From Polyangiales bacterium (GTDB taxonomy: Bacteria > Myxococcota_A > Polyangia > Polyangiales > Houyiibacteriaceae), in contig OZ245758.1 in NCBI GenBank assembly GCA_965227405.1, positions 2,932,338 to 2,996,337 of the forward strand: a stretch of 64,000 nucleotides of DNA, read 5' to 3'. The translations under genes and the position numbers were made by a program. Positions 1 to 9,178 of this stretch are shown here, piece after piece. Each line of letters opens with the position of its first letter. Within the stretch, counting starts at the first letter, position 1. The notes under the pieces were generated by a model. The model made no database searches and was not told where the DNA came from. It saw nothing but the letters and a program-made list of their open reading frames with translations.

Positions 1-152
1 AGCTGTGCGCCGATGCGTCGCACGTCGCGATCAACCTCAATTCCGAACACGGGCCATGTGCTACTTGCTCGTAGGTAGGCCGCGGTCTGCGGCGCAACCG
101 ATACGCTCAGTTGCTCAAAGCAGCGACGCAGAAAACGAGGCAAGCCGTGAGT

Positions 153-695
153 TTAGTACGCAACCCACAAGTACAGATTTTCGCGCGACTTTTGCTGCTC
201 TTTCAACTCGAGGAGTAGCTCAAACAACTCTCGACCCCGCTTCGTTGGGTGATTCTCACTGAGGTCTTCCAGCGCGCCGACGGAGAACGCCGGCGGAAAC
301 TTCATCAAGGCGCCGCTCTCGTCCTGCGGAAGCAAAATGGTTGGGAACGCTTTGTCGCCGATGTTCGGAAGGGGCTTGAAGTCCTTTCGCCGTTGACGCT
401 TCTTGTTCCACGTCGCGATCGCAGACAAGAGCGTGCCGTCCATCTTGCCGCCCGACACGTGCCGGTCGAGGTTCTCCACGAACTCATCCGGAAAGAACTT
501 CTCAGGGAACTCCTCAATATCAACGCGCTTGAACTTGGCGCTCTTGAAGGTCCAGCGCGTGCTGACTTCACGCTTACCGTTGATCGGGTTCAGAAACTCC
601 TTCTTCTGAAACGCTGCAGGCATCCAGGGTGGTGTTGGGAATACGCGCTTGATGAACTTGCTATCCGCAACAAAAGCCCAGGCCAACGAACCCAT
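153..695 (-). CDS. hypothetical protein (180 aa, Lys/Phe-rich, no recognisable domain)
   Basis: Complete ORF. Its K/F/E-rich composition is atypical of spurious high-GC frames. It overlaps the 5' part of the 577-aa plus-strand ORF, which I judge spurious there. Confidence 0.45.
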   Translation of the reverse strand: MGSLAWAFVADSKFIKRVFPTPPWMPAAFQKKEFLNPINGKREVSTRWTFKSAKFKRVDIEEFPEKFFPDEFVENLDRHVSGGKMDGTLLSAIATWNKKRQRRKDFKPLPNIGDKAFPTILLPQDESGALMKFPPAFSVGALEDLSENHPTKRGRELFELLLELKEQQKSRENLYLWVAY

Positions 696-815
696 AAAAT
701 CAGCTACGAGCCGCCCTTGCTCGGTCTCCCCAACCAGAATCGAACGACGTATAGGACGCGTACACCGTCCGGTTTGTGGCGTTGCGACAACGAATCACCC
801 GCCACATCAACCAGC

Positions 816-1982
816 ATGGACTCGCCTACCACGACGTTGAGCCACGATGAGCGCGTGTCGCTGATCGAGCTGTTCAAAGGCAGTGAGCCACAAGGCCGCC
901 GTGACGGGGTGGTGGTCGTGTGTGATCCCGAAGGCGAGTGGACCATCAACCAACGCGGTTGGATCGACGTGCCCATTATCGTTGCCAATCTCGTCGAGGG
1001 TGAAGTTGATGAAGCCACGGGCGGCGTGGTGCGACGACTCGTTCATCGTGAAGACCTGCTACCGGCGCAATCCGTTCGCACGGCGGCCTTCATCAAGGCG
1101 TGGCTGAAAACGTGGCGCCTCTACCTCGGGTGCCATACCGATCCTGTGGGTCAAGCGCCGGAACGGCACATTCGAAACTCCGCGACCATCGAGAACCCGG
1201 AGCTGGACAGCTTTGAGGGCTTTGCGAAAGCGATGTGGGAAGAACGGCAGGCGCATGACCACTTCGTGGACAGTCGGGCGTGGCGTCAGCCGGATCGTGG
1301 GCGCCGCTACCCAGACCTCGACAAGAAGGTGAGCTGCGTCGCTGCCGATCTAGCTTGGGAGCAAGAAGTCCGGGACGGCAAGCGCGACCTCGATGAGTAC
1401 GCGCAATGGCTGTTGGAGAACAAGGATCCCTGCGGCGAGATGCACCGCGTCTTTGCGGATACAGGTGAGCTTGCCCGACGTCGGCAAACTCGATTCATGG
1501 ACAAGCACCGTCGATACATGCGCGGACCGTTCACTTGCCGTCGGTGGAACGAGGTTGCGTTTGAGGGTGCCAACGGCTGGATTGAAGAGGCGACGTTTTG
1601 CTTTTCCTTCGATCCCGGCGGGCCGGAACTCGAAGCCGTGGTCTCGGCTGTGTATTCGCTACCACGCGCTCGGTTTCTGTCTCGGATGACCTGCCAAGGT
1701 TGGCGGGATCTCACCCGACGGTACGCTCCGAAGGACGAGAGTCCAGAGATCACCCTGCTTGCGAACATCTTTGGAAACAACGTGACGATTGAGCCCCCCG
1801 ACTCGTGGAGTGCGTACCTTCCGCCTCATCCTCACCTGCGCGAGCTGACGCTCTACGTGCACCCAGAGATGCTCCCCTTCGACGATGAGGAACGGCAGCG
1901 ACTGCACACGCTCTTTTCAAGTCTGGAGACGTTGAACGTTCACGAAGGTGTGGCTAACGCGCCGAACGAAACCTTCTTCTAG
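816..1982 (+). CDS. hypothetical protein (about 389 aa)
   Basis: The 3' two-thirds of ORF 249..1982 read like real protein from the internal ATG at 816 (MDSPTTTLSHDERVSLIELF...). Upstream of that the frame is Arg/Leu-rich and overlaps the minus-strand gene. It is divergent from 153..695. Confidence 0.45.
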   Translation: MDSPTTTLSHDERVSLIELFKGSEPQGRRDGVVVVCDPEGEWTINQRGWIDVPIIVANLVEGEVDEATGGVVRRLVHREDLLPAQSVRTAAFIKAWLKTWRLYLGCHTDPVGQAPERHIRNSATIENPELDSFEGFAKAMWEERQAHDHFVDSRAWRQPDRGRRYPDLDKKVSCVAADLAWEQEVRDGKRDLDEYAQWLLENKDPCGEMHRVFADTGELARRRQTRFMDKHRRYMRGPFTCRRWNEVAFEGANGWIEEATFCFSFDPGGPELEAVVSAVYSLPRARFLSRMTCQGWRDLTRRYAPKDESPEITLLANIFGNNVTIEPPDSWSAYLPPHPHLRELTLYVHPEMLPFDDEERQRLHTLFSSLETLNVHEGVANAPNETFF

Positions 1983-2467
1983 TGCGCCAAAGTCAACGCG
2001 TAGCAGTGCGTGAGCTTCGCGTCGCGTACCGGTCCGTCGTCGATGATGTGGTAGGCGTCCCAAATCGACTCACGTCGAGCACGCAGTAACGCTTCGCGAT
2101 CGATGCTCGGCACGTGGTCGGCAAAGTGTTCCAGCTCGTTGATCCACATCTTCTTGATCAAGGCGAGTGGCCACAGAGCTCCTGCCCACTCGTCGCCGTT
2201 GATATCTTCGGTGGCGTACACCGCACCGTGTTTGATGGAGAGCGCCGCGCGAATCGCCGGATCGAATGCGTCGTCAGGAACGGCGTAAAACCGAGGCTCC
2301 AACGCGTCATGATCGTGAAACACAACCACGGATACGGGAACACCCAGGTTCGAAACGGTCTCGCCGCGTGGCAGTTCGAGCTCGCCCAACCAATCCAGAA
2401 TCACCTCGTGTGATGTCGGATTCTTTGGCGGGATCGTCATCAACTCTCGCAGTGTTTCGGTATCCAT
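1979..2467 (-). CDS. hypothetical protein (162 aa)
   Basis: ORF 1979..2506. I chose the internal ATG at 2467 (MDTETLRELM...) to avoid a 34-nt overlap with the upstream lipoprotein gene. Its stop overlaps the stop of the 816..1982 gene in a shared CTAG. Confidence 0.45.
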   Translation of the reverse strand: MDTETLRELMTIPPKNPTSHEVILDWLGELELPRGETVSNLGVPVSVVVFHDHDALEPRFYAVPDDAFDPAIRAALSIKHGAVYATEDINGDEWAGALWPLALIKKMWINELEHFADHVPSIDREALLRARRESIWDAYHIIDDGPVRDAKLTHCYALTLAH

Positions 2468-2472
2468 ACGTC

Positions 2473-3375
2473 CTACAACGCAATCTGCCGCGCGGGTTGT
2501 CGGCAACGACGTTCTCCCTGATCACCGTCGATCACCACACCGCGCGACCAAAGCCCTTCGGAAAAGGGAGGCAAGTCTTCGCGGCGTTGCGCACGTTGCT
2601 CCAGCGCCGAACCCAACGAGAGCTCAAACCGAAAGAACCCCTCAGGCGCATCGTCGGTGGGTCCAGCGATTCCCACAATCGTGTTTGCCTCACGATGCAG
2701 CTCGCGAATACCCGCGCCACCAAGGTCCACCAACACGACTTTGTCGGCGTTGAGTCCCCGTGCGGCCAAGCGCAGCATCACTGCTCGACCATCGACGAGA
2801 GGAGCGCGCAATCCCAACCACTGTCGACCATTGCCATCGGTGACGGCACCTTCGATGTTCAACGCGCTCGGGTTTCCTTGCAGCACTGAACACACGCGTT
2901 CCGCGCCTTCGGGCGGAGGGTCGCCAAAGAGGTGATCGACACAGTGCGCCCCGAGGTCGCTATTGGACGCGTCCGACGCACTGACTTCTTCGAGTGCACC
3001 ATCTCGATAGCGAAGCCAACGCATGCGATGCCGCTTGGGCGACCGACTGCCGTTCTTGCGCGCACTGTGCGAACCGACGACGAGCAGTTCACCTTGCACG
3101 TTCGCGAGTGCTTCGATGTCCCGCGGTCGATTGCGCGCGGGCATGGCAATCGTCCCGGCTGGTACAAGTCGGGTGCCGGATTCGCGAAACAAGAAGAGCT
3201 GCTCGTGAACTTCGTTGTCCGCCACGATCCAAAGGCCTTGGTCCCATGGAGCACGAAGCGCCGCGGATGCCTCACAGAGTGGAAACTCGCCCAGAACGTC
3301 CGACGCGGCTTCGGATGCCTCTTGCGTGGTCGTTTGGCCACCACACGCGACCACAAGCAGCAGGATCCAACGCAC
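2473..3375 (-). CDS. putative lipoprotein (300 aa)
   Basis: N-terminus MRWILLLVVACGG carries a classical lipobox (signal peptidase II cleavage before Cys). The rest is a balanced soluble-domain composition. Confidence 0.6.
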   Translation of the reverse strand: MRWILLLVVACGGQTTTQEASEAASDVLGEFPLCEASAALRAPWDQGLWIVADNEVHEQLFLFRESGTRLVPAGTIAMPARNRPRDIEALANVQGELLVVGSHSARKNGSRSPKRHRMRWLRYRDGALEEVSASDASNSDLGAHCVDHLFGDPPPEGAERVCSVLQGNPSALNIEGAVTDGNGRQWLGLRAPLVDGRAVMLRLAARGLNADKVVLVDLGGAGIRELHREANTIVGIAGPTDDAPEGFFRFELSLGSALEQRAQRREDLPPFSEGLWSRGVVIDGDQGERRCRQPARQIAL

Positions 3376-3395
3376 GTCGTGACTATAGTGGCTCG

Positions 3396-4199
3396 GTGCG
3401 CATTGCGTGGGCGACCGATATCCATCTCAATTTTCTCGACGCAGAGCAGATCGATGCGTTTGGTGAGCAAGTTCGCGCATTGAACGCGGACTTCTTCGTG
3501 GTCAGTGGCGATATCGCCGAGGCACCTTCGGTCACCAAGCTCATCAAGGCGTGCGCGCAAGCGGCCCAACAACCGATGCACTTTGTGCTGGGCAACCACG
3601 ACTTCTACTCGGGTGCGGTGGATCCGGTTCGTGACGAAGCGCGCGGCATGGACCCGCAGCATGGTGTTTGGTTGCCCGGCGTGGATCCCGTTCGCGTTGA
3701 CGAGCGTACCGTGATGGTTGGCGTCGACGGTTGGGGTGATGCCCGTCTAGGCGACCCGTGGGGGACACGCATTCGACTCAACGACTTCATCGCGATTCAA
3801 GACCTGCTTTCGCCCGACTACGAAGAGCTCTTGCTGAAGCTACGTGCACGCGGAGATGCCGAGGCGACAACAGCGACTCGCGTGCTCGCCAACGCACTTG
3901 CAACCGACGCCAAGCAGATTGTGTTCGTCACGCATGTTCCACCGTTTCGTGGAGCGTGTTGGCACGAGGGCGCGATCTCGAACGACGACTGGTTGCCCTT
4001 CTTTACGTGTGACGCCGTCGGCAAAGTGTTGGAGCGCACCGCAAAACAAAACCCTGCACGAGACTTTCTCGTTCTGTGCGGTCACACGCATGGCGCGGGC
4101 ACGTTGGAAGTCAGCAACAACCTGCGCGTCTATACGGGTGGTGCCGAGTACGGAGCGCCGGAAGTACAGCTGGTCTCCAGCCAGGCACCCGTAATGTAG
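3396..4199 (+). CDS. calcineurin-like metallophosphoesterase
   Basis: Carries the motifs IAWATDIHLN...VVSGDIAE...FVLGNHD, which are the DxH, GD and GNH(D/E) signatures of the metallophosphatase family. I chose the GTG at 3396 as start; the longer ORF from 2994 would overlap the upstream lipoprotein gene. Confidence 0.65.
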   Translation: MRIAWATDIHLNFLDAEQIDAFGEQVRALNADFFVVSGDIAEAPSVTKLIKACAQAAQQPMHFVLGNHDFYSGAVDPVRDEARGMDPQHGVWLPGVDPVRVDERTVMVGVDGWGDARLGDPWGTRIRLNDFIAIQDLLSPDYEELLLKLRARGDAEATTATRVLANALATDAKQIVFVTHVPPFRGACWHEGAISNDDWLPFFTCDAVGKVLERTAKQNPARDFLVLCGHTHGAGTLEVSNNLRVYTGGAEYGAPEVQLVSSQAPVM

Positions 4200-4264
4200 G
4201 TCCGCCGCCGGCAAAATCGAGACTGGTTCTTGGGGGATCCCGACACACCTTCCTTCGCCTGCGA

Positions 4265-5137
4265 ATGGAGGTGTTCTTGGACGGAGTTCTCTTTTGTCGA
4301 CCGCGAACCGCACAACACGTTGCGGATTCGATCGACCTGGAAAAGCTGGCGCTCGACGAGCTCGGGATCGAGTACGCCGAAATCGCCATTGAGCCTGTGG
4401 TGCATGGTGACGCTGAAGCGGCGCTGATCGACGTCGACGAAACCGCCGGTCGCACCTGGCTCTACCGCGGTTGGATGCTGGACGAAGCGGAGTACGAAGG
4501 CCTCGAGTCCGCGCTGGGCGAGCGAGGCGAGTCGTTCGTCGTGAACACCGAAGAGATGGCAACGGCCGCGTACGTACCGAACTGGTACGAGGCGCTACAC
4601 AAGCACACTGCTCCCACGAGGTGGACCGAGGGCACCGACCCCATCGCGGCATGGGAGGCGTCGCGGAGCCTGCAGGGACCGTGGATCATCAAGGACTACC
4701 TCAAGTCCGCAAAAGAGCAGTGGCTGGATGCGTGCTTCATTCCCGCAGACGCCACGCAAGAGGAGTTCGTCGCGGTGTGCCACGGGTTGGTTGATGCGCG
4801 TGGTGATCGTTTCGAAGGGGGCTTCGTCGTTCGAAGTGTATTGCCCTTGGCGACGTTGCCGTACCGGATGCCTGAACGACCGGTTCACGACGAGCATCGT
4901 CTTTTTGTGTGGAATGGGGAAATCGTTGCGCATGCGCCCTACCACGACATCGACGCCGAACCTCCACCCGTGGATACGTTCGCGTACCTCAGCGCGATCG
5001 ACTCGCCCTTCTTCACTGCAGACGTCGCGCGTTTGACGGACGACACGTGGGCGTTGATTGAACTCAACGATGGCGGAATGTCGACGCTGCCCGAGCTCAT
5101 GGATCCGCGCGACCTCTACCGGAGCCTCGTTGCGTGA
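4265..5137 (+). CDS. ATP-grasp domain protein (uncharacterised family)
   Basis: About 291 aa from the internal ATG (MEVFLDGVLF...). The second half has an ATP-grasp-like pattern (WIIKDYLKSAKE..., GGFVVRSVLPL, ELNDGGMS). The call rests on fold and motif resemblance only. Confidence 0.5.
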   Translation: MEVFLDGVLFCRPRTAQHVADSIDLEKLALDELGIEYAEIAIEPVVHGDAEAALIDVDETAGRTWLYRGWMLDEAEYEGLESALGERGESFVVNTEEMATAAYVPNWYEALHKHTAPTRWTEGTDPIAAWEASRSLQGPWIIKDYLKSAKEQWLDACFIPADATQEEFVAVCHGLVDARGDRFEGGFVVRSVLPLATLPYRMPERPVHDEHRLFVWNGEIVAHAPYHDIDAEPPPVDTFAYLSAIDSPFFTADVARLTDDTWALIELNDGGMSTLPELMDPRDLYRSLVA

Positions 5138-5379
5138 TTCCAGCCGAGGCTCGAACCTGGTGGCACTCGCTTTCGGACGACGCGCGCCAAGAACTGGAGC
5201 GCTCTTGGCACCGACATGCCCTTTCGTTCGATTCCGAAGAGCGTGAGTTCCCGATCACGCTGGTCGAAGACGTCGAACCCGATCCGCCTGAAGACGTGTA
5301 CCTGGGTTTGCTGGAGTACATCATCAACCACGAGATGCGGTTCGTTCAGCCAAGGCGCTTTCACATAAGCGGCTGCTGA
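5134..5379 (+). CDS. small acidic hypothetical protein (81 aa)
   Basis: Its GTG start overlaps the stop of the ATP-grasp gene in GTGA, which suggests translational coupling. Acidic and Pro-rich. Confidence 0.4.
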   Translation: MIPAEARTWWHSLSDDARQELERSWHRHALSFDSEEREFPITLVEDVEPDPPEDVYLGLLEYIINHEMRFVQPRRFHISGC

Positions 5380-5390
5380 CCAAAGGCCAG

Positions 5391-5431
5391 TTGTGCACGC
5401 CCTGACTGCACTTCGTGATCGGTGTGCACAA
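5391..5431. promoter_or_regulatory. pair of TGTGCACA palindromes (33 bp centre to centre) upstream of the OMP gene
   Basis: Read directly. TTGTGCAC at 5391-5398 and GTGCACAA at 5424-5431, each a self-complementary 8-mer, about 80-115 bp upstream of the ATG at 5508. Confidence 0.3.
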
Positions 5432-5507
5432 CTGAGCGGAATTCCCCGTGGATCCAGGGTGGATCGAGTCGTGCTCTGTACTGACGCAACTTCACAAGGA
5501 GTGTGTC

Positions 5508-6062
5508 ATGAGAGTTCTTCCGGTGTTGGCGATGGTTTTGATGCTCGGTTCTGTAGCCGAGGCTCAATCACGGGTCGGCGCATACTTCGCAGCGGGTCTC
5601 GGAGGCCAAGGCACTGCAGAGCAGGGCGGGTTCGAGGGAGACTTCGATCTCGATCCGACGATTGGGGTCGGTCTGCGTTTCGAAGTCCCCGCAGGCGACC
5701 TTCTTCACATCAGCCCGTTTGCGGAGTTCGATGCGTACAAAGCCGACGGCGCCGACGGTCGCGACCTCGGCATCGATGCCGGCGTCATGCTGCGCATCGG
5801 ACCGACCTTGGATCTGGGCGGGATGAACCTCGAAGTGTACGGCGCGATTCCGGTCGGCTTCTCGGCCTACTTCCCAGACTCGAGCGACATCACGATGCTC
5901 GGTTTCAACGTCGGCGCACTTGCGGGCGCACAACTGCACGTCAACGAACGCGTGGCCGTCATGCTCGAAATGGGTTGGCAGATGCACCGCGTCTACGAGG
6001 ACGACGCGAACCTCAGCGCGAACCAAGCCAAGCTACAGCTCGGCGCGATGCTTCTTCTCTAA
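5508..6062 (+). CDS. outer-membrane beta-barrel domain protein
   Basis: An AAGGAG RBS sits 7 nt before the ATG at 5508. Signal peptide MRVLPVLAMVLMLGSVAEA. The body shows alternating hydrophobic strands with Gly/aromatic residues, typical of small OMP barrels. Confidence 0.5.
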   Translation: MRVLPVLAMVLMLGSVAEAQSRVGAYFAAGLGGQGTAEQGGFEGDFDLDPTIGVGLRFEVPAGDLLHISPFAEFDAYKADGADGRDLGIDAGVMLRIGPTLDLGGMNLEVYGAIPVGFSAYFPDSSDITMLGFNVGALAGAQLHVNERVAVMLEMGWQMHRVYEDDANLSANQAKLQLGAMLLL

Positions 6063-7255
6063 CCACTCATCAACCACACAACCACCCCGGCGATGACGAT
6101 GCCCACGACGAACGACACTCCCGCGACAACCCCGGTGCCCATCCTTGGTTTGTCCGGGAGTGGAACCTCCCCGCTCGTCGTGGGCATCGCGCCTCCTTCG
6201 GAGCCGCTAATCGACCACACGTCTTCGCTCGGTGGGGTTGGCTTCGGTACATCGACGTTGCGTGTCCAACGTTTGGTCATCTCGGCTGAGATATGCGGTG
6301 GTTTCGGGCGACGGACATCGCGTGTCGCGCCGTCATCGTCTTTCGGCGCCGTCCGCAGCGACGCCGTTTGCATCTCGTGTCCGGTGAAGTCGAACAAGAG
6401 TGTGGTGAGAGCGGCAACGGCTTCACGCGCGGGTGGCAGGACAGGGCGCAAACGCGAAGCAAACGCAGCTGCACTCGGCGGACGCAGTTGTCGGTCGGGC
6501 GCAAGCGCAGCCATCACGGTGGCTTCGAGTGCGAGAGGAATGTCTTCGGCGAACGCGGAGGGTGGTTGCAGTCCACCACGCTGCACCGCGCGAAGAAGTT
6601 TGGACTTTCCCAGGCCTTCAAAAGGACGACGCATGGTGAGCATCTGCCAGAGCACAAGTGCCAGCGAGTACACGTCGGTGCGTGCGTCGACCTCTTCGGC
6701 GCGCGCTTGTTCCGGCGCCATGTACCGGATCTTCCCTTTGATCACACCTGTGCGAGTGCGCTCCGCTCGACCTGTGGCTTTGGCGATGCCGAAGTCGGTC
6801 AGCTTCACGTCACCGGTCGGTCCGAGCAGCACGTTGTGCGGGCTGACATCGCGGTGGATGACGTCGCTTGCGTGGGCATGTTCCAAGCCCGCTGCAACCT
6901 CTGCGACGACCCACGCGGCGAGGCCGGGATCGATCCCCTTGCCTCGCGTCACCATGCGATCGAGCAGCACGTCCAGCGAGCACCCTGCGACGTACTCCAT
7001 CACCAAGAAGAAGGTGCCTTGTTCCTCCCCGAGCTCGAACGTACGGACGATGTTGGGATGCTGAAGTCGAATCGCCACCATCGCTTCGTCGACGAACGAG
7101 CGCATCTGTCGCCACTCGGCGTCCTCTTTCTTGATGACTTTGACCGCGCGCAGTTCGTTGGCTGCATCGCGTCCCAAAAAGACTCGACCCATGCCCCCTT
7201 TGCCGATGAGTTCGTCGAGCGTCCACTCGCCGAGCCTGTCTCCCATCGCCGTCAC
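6059..7255 (-). CDS. Hanks-type serine/threonine protein kinase, C-terminal TM anchor
   Basis: Carries the Gly-rich loop LGKGGMGRVF and the catalytic and activation-loop motifs AVKVIKK, HRDVSPHNVLL, DFGIA and APE, plus a C-terminal hydrophobic helix. Confidence 0.85.
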   Translation of the reverse strand: MTAMGDRLGEWTLDELIGKGGMGRVFLGRDAANELRAVKVIKKEDAEWRQMRSFVDEAMVAIRLQHPNIVRTFELGEEQGTFFLVMEYVAGCSLDVLLDRMVTRGKGIDPGLAAWVVAEVAAGLEHAHASDVIHRDVSPHNVLLGPTGDVKLTDFGIAKATGRAERTRTGVIKGKIRYMAPEQARAEEVDARTDVYSLALVLWQMLTMRRPFEGLGKSKLLRAVQRGGLQPPSAFAEDIPLALEATVMAALAPDRQLRPPSAAAFASRLRPVLPPAREAVAALTTLLFDFTGHEMQTASLRTAPKDDDGATRDVRRPKPPHISAEMTKRWTRNVDVPKPTPPSEDVWSISGSEGGAMPTTSGEVPLPDKPRMGTGVVAGVSFVVGIVIAGVVVWLMSG

Positions 7256-7297
7256 CTCGGCGAATCTATCACTGCCGGTTCTGGTACGATTCGTTTC

Positions 7298-7837
7298 GTG
7301 CGTTGGCTTGTTCTATTGCTTGTCGCGGGCTGCTACGGCCCGGTGGATACCGCGTGGACAGCCTCGTTCCAGAACCCGTCGGACAACAGCGACAACGTGT
7401 TCGTTTTCGTCGACGTGCGTGACGTCATCATCGATTGTCCTGGAGACCTCGACGACATTGTGCGCGGTCCGTATCAGATCCAACCGGCAGCACCGGCCGG
7501 AACGATCCCGGTACTCGATTCTGGCGACTACTGTTTCCACGCAACGGCGGTTGACGGCGATACGTGTGAGCGTGTGGCCGAGGGAACACTCTTGGTGGAA
7601 GTGCCTCGGGACGAGGTGCACGTCGTGATGGGCACAGCCAGTGGTGGTGGTTGTTCATCGGGTGAGACCTGCGAATCGGGTCGTTGCGTACGAACGGATG
7701 GAATGCCGGTATGTGCGCTCGGATCCGCATACGCGTACTGCGGCGAGGCAAATGTGTGTTGCCCTGGCGCAGACGAAGCAGCGGCCTGCGACCACTTCGA
7801 CAACGTGACCGTCGGTTGCATGCCGCCGCTCGAGTAG
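7298..7837 (+). CDS. Cys-rich secreted lipoprotein (179 aa)
   Basis: A GTG start gives MRWLVLLLVAGCYGP, a signal with lipobox. The mature part holds about 12 Cys. It is the first gene of a plus-strand run of tightly packed genes. Confidence 0.55.
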   Translation: MRWLVLLLVAGCYGPVDTAWTASFQNPSDNSDNVFVFVDVRDVIIDCPGDLDDIVRGPYQIQPAAPAGTIPVLDSGDYCFHATAVDGDTCERVAEGTLLVEVPRDEVHVVMGTASGGGCSSGETCESGRCVRTDGMPVCALGSAYAYCGEANVCCPGADEAAACDHFDNVTVGCMPPLE

Positions 7838-7876
7838 AGCGCTCAAGTTCACCTCACCCAATGGTAGGCTTCGGCC

Positions 7877-9178
7877 ATGTCCGATGACGAAACCGTCCGT
7901 CTAGCGGAGGAGCCGTCGGGGGAACTGGCCCTGGTCGTGATTTCGGGTGCTGCTCATGCACAGCATCCCTTGCGCGAAGGAGAACCTGTGACCATCGGAC
8001 GTTCGTCAGACAACGACGTAACTATCGACTCGCCCTCGTTGAGTCGGAAGCACGCCAAGCTACTGACTCAACCCACGCTGCGTGTCGTTGACCTGAGTAG
8101 TGCCAACGGCACCAAGATCGATGGTGAAGCCATCGATGCTGGTGTTGCCGTTCCGATTCCTGTCGGACGCGTGATGGAGCTCGGTGACGTTGGCATTGTG
8201 GTGTATCGCGTGCGCGATCTGGGCGAACCGGACCCCGCAGCGATCGGCGAAGGTCGCATCGTGGTCAACGAAGCGATGAAGGAGCTCTACGGGCTCGCCG
8301 CTCAAGTTGCGCCCAGCGAACTGTCCGTGCTGATCACGGGTGAGACGGGTGCCGGTAAGGAGTTGGTGGCGGAGTACCTGCACGCCAACAGCAAGCGAGC
8401 GAAGGGCCCTTTCCTGCGACTGAACTGTTCGGCGATCGCGGAGAACTTGGTTGAGAGCGAACTCTTTGGTCACGAAGAAGGCGCGTTCACAGGTGCGACC
8501 AAAGCCATGCCTGGTCTGCTGGAGTGCGCAGCGGGCGGCACGGTATTTCTCGACGAGATCGGTGACCTGCCTGGCGCTGCGCAAGCAAAGCTGCTTCGTG
8601 CGCTGGAGAGTCGCGAGGTGCGTCGCGTCGGTGGTCGATCCGTGCGGAAGATCGACGTGCGGTTCGTCGCAGCGACGCACCGTGACTTGAAGAAGGCGGC
8701 GTCGGCGGGTGAGTTCCGAGAGGATCTCTATTTTCGACTCAACGGCATCACCTTGGCGATTCCCCCGCTGCGTGAACGGCGCGACGAGATCGAAAGTTTG
8801 GCGAAAGCATTCATCCGTCGCTTTTCGGATCCGCCTCCCCCCGCGCTGAGCGACGAAGCGTTGTCGTTGTTGCGTACGTACGACTGGCCCGGAAACGTGC
8901 GTGAGCTTCGCAACGCGATGGAACGTGCCACCGTACTCGCAGGGGACGGGCCGATTGTGCCGAAACACTTTCCGGCCGAAGTGCGCGGTCAGGGTGGACC
9001 CCAAGATGGTTCGCTCAAGTCCGAGTTGGATGCAATTGAACGTCAGCGCATCGTGGATGCACTAGCGGCGTGCGACGGCAACCAAACCAAAGCGGCAGAA
9101 AAGCTAGGTATTGCTCGCCGCACGCTGATCAAACGTTTGGACCAATACGGCATCGAACGACCGAGGAAGAAGTCGTGA
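7877..9178 (+). CDS. sigma-54-dependent transcriptional activator with N-terminal FHA domain
   Basis: N-terminal FHA fold (GRSSDNDVTIDSPSLSRKHAKL...SANGTKIDG). Central AAA+ sigma-54 interaction domain (GETGAGKE Walker A, ESELFGHEEGAFTGA GAFTGA motif). C-terminal Fis-type HTH. Confidence 0.85.
   Translation: MSDDETVRLAEEPSGELALVVISGAAHAQHPLREGEPVTIGRSSDNDVTIDSPSLSRKHAKLLTQPTLRVVDLSSANGTKIDGEAIDAGVAVPIPVGRVMELGDVGIVVYRVRDLGEPDPAAIGEGRIVVNEAMKELYGLAAQVAPSELSVLITGETGAGKELVAEYLHANSKRAKGPFLRLNCSAIAENLVESELFGHEEGAFTGATKAMPGLLECAAGGTVFLDEIGDLPGAAQAKLLRALESREVRRVGGRSVRKIDVRFVAATHRDLKKAASAGEFREDLYFRLNGITLAIPPLRERRDEIESLAKAFIRRFSDPPPPALSDEALSLLRTYDWPGNVRELRNAMERATVLAGDGPIVPKHFPAEVRGQGGPQDGSLKSELDAIERQRIVDALAACDGNQTKAAEKLGIARRTLIKRLDQYGIERPRKKS

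Noticed and set aside
249-815. 5' portion of the 577-aa plus-strand ORF
   Set aside because: Arg/Leu-rich composition typical of high-GC antisense frames. It fully overlaps the more protein-like minus-strand gene 153..695. The real gene more likely starts at the internal ATG at 816.
6293-7297. First 335 codons of the 514-aa ORF 6293..7837
   Set aside because: Antisense to the well-supported Ser/Thr kinase gene. Only the 3' part after the GTG at 7298 (lipoprotein signal) is retained.
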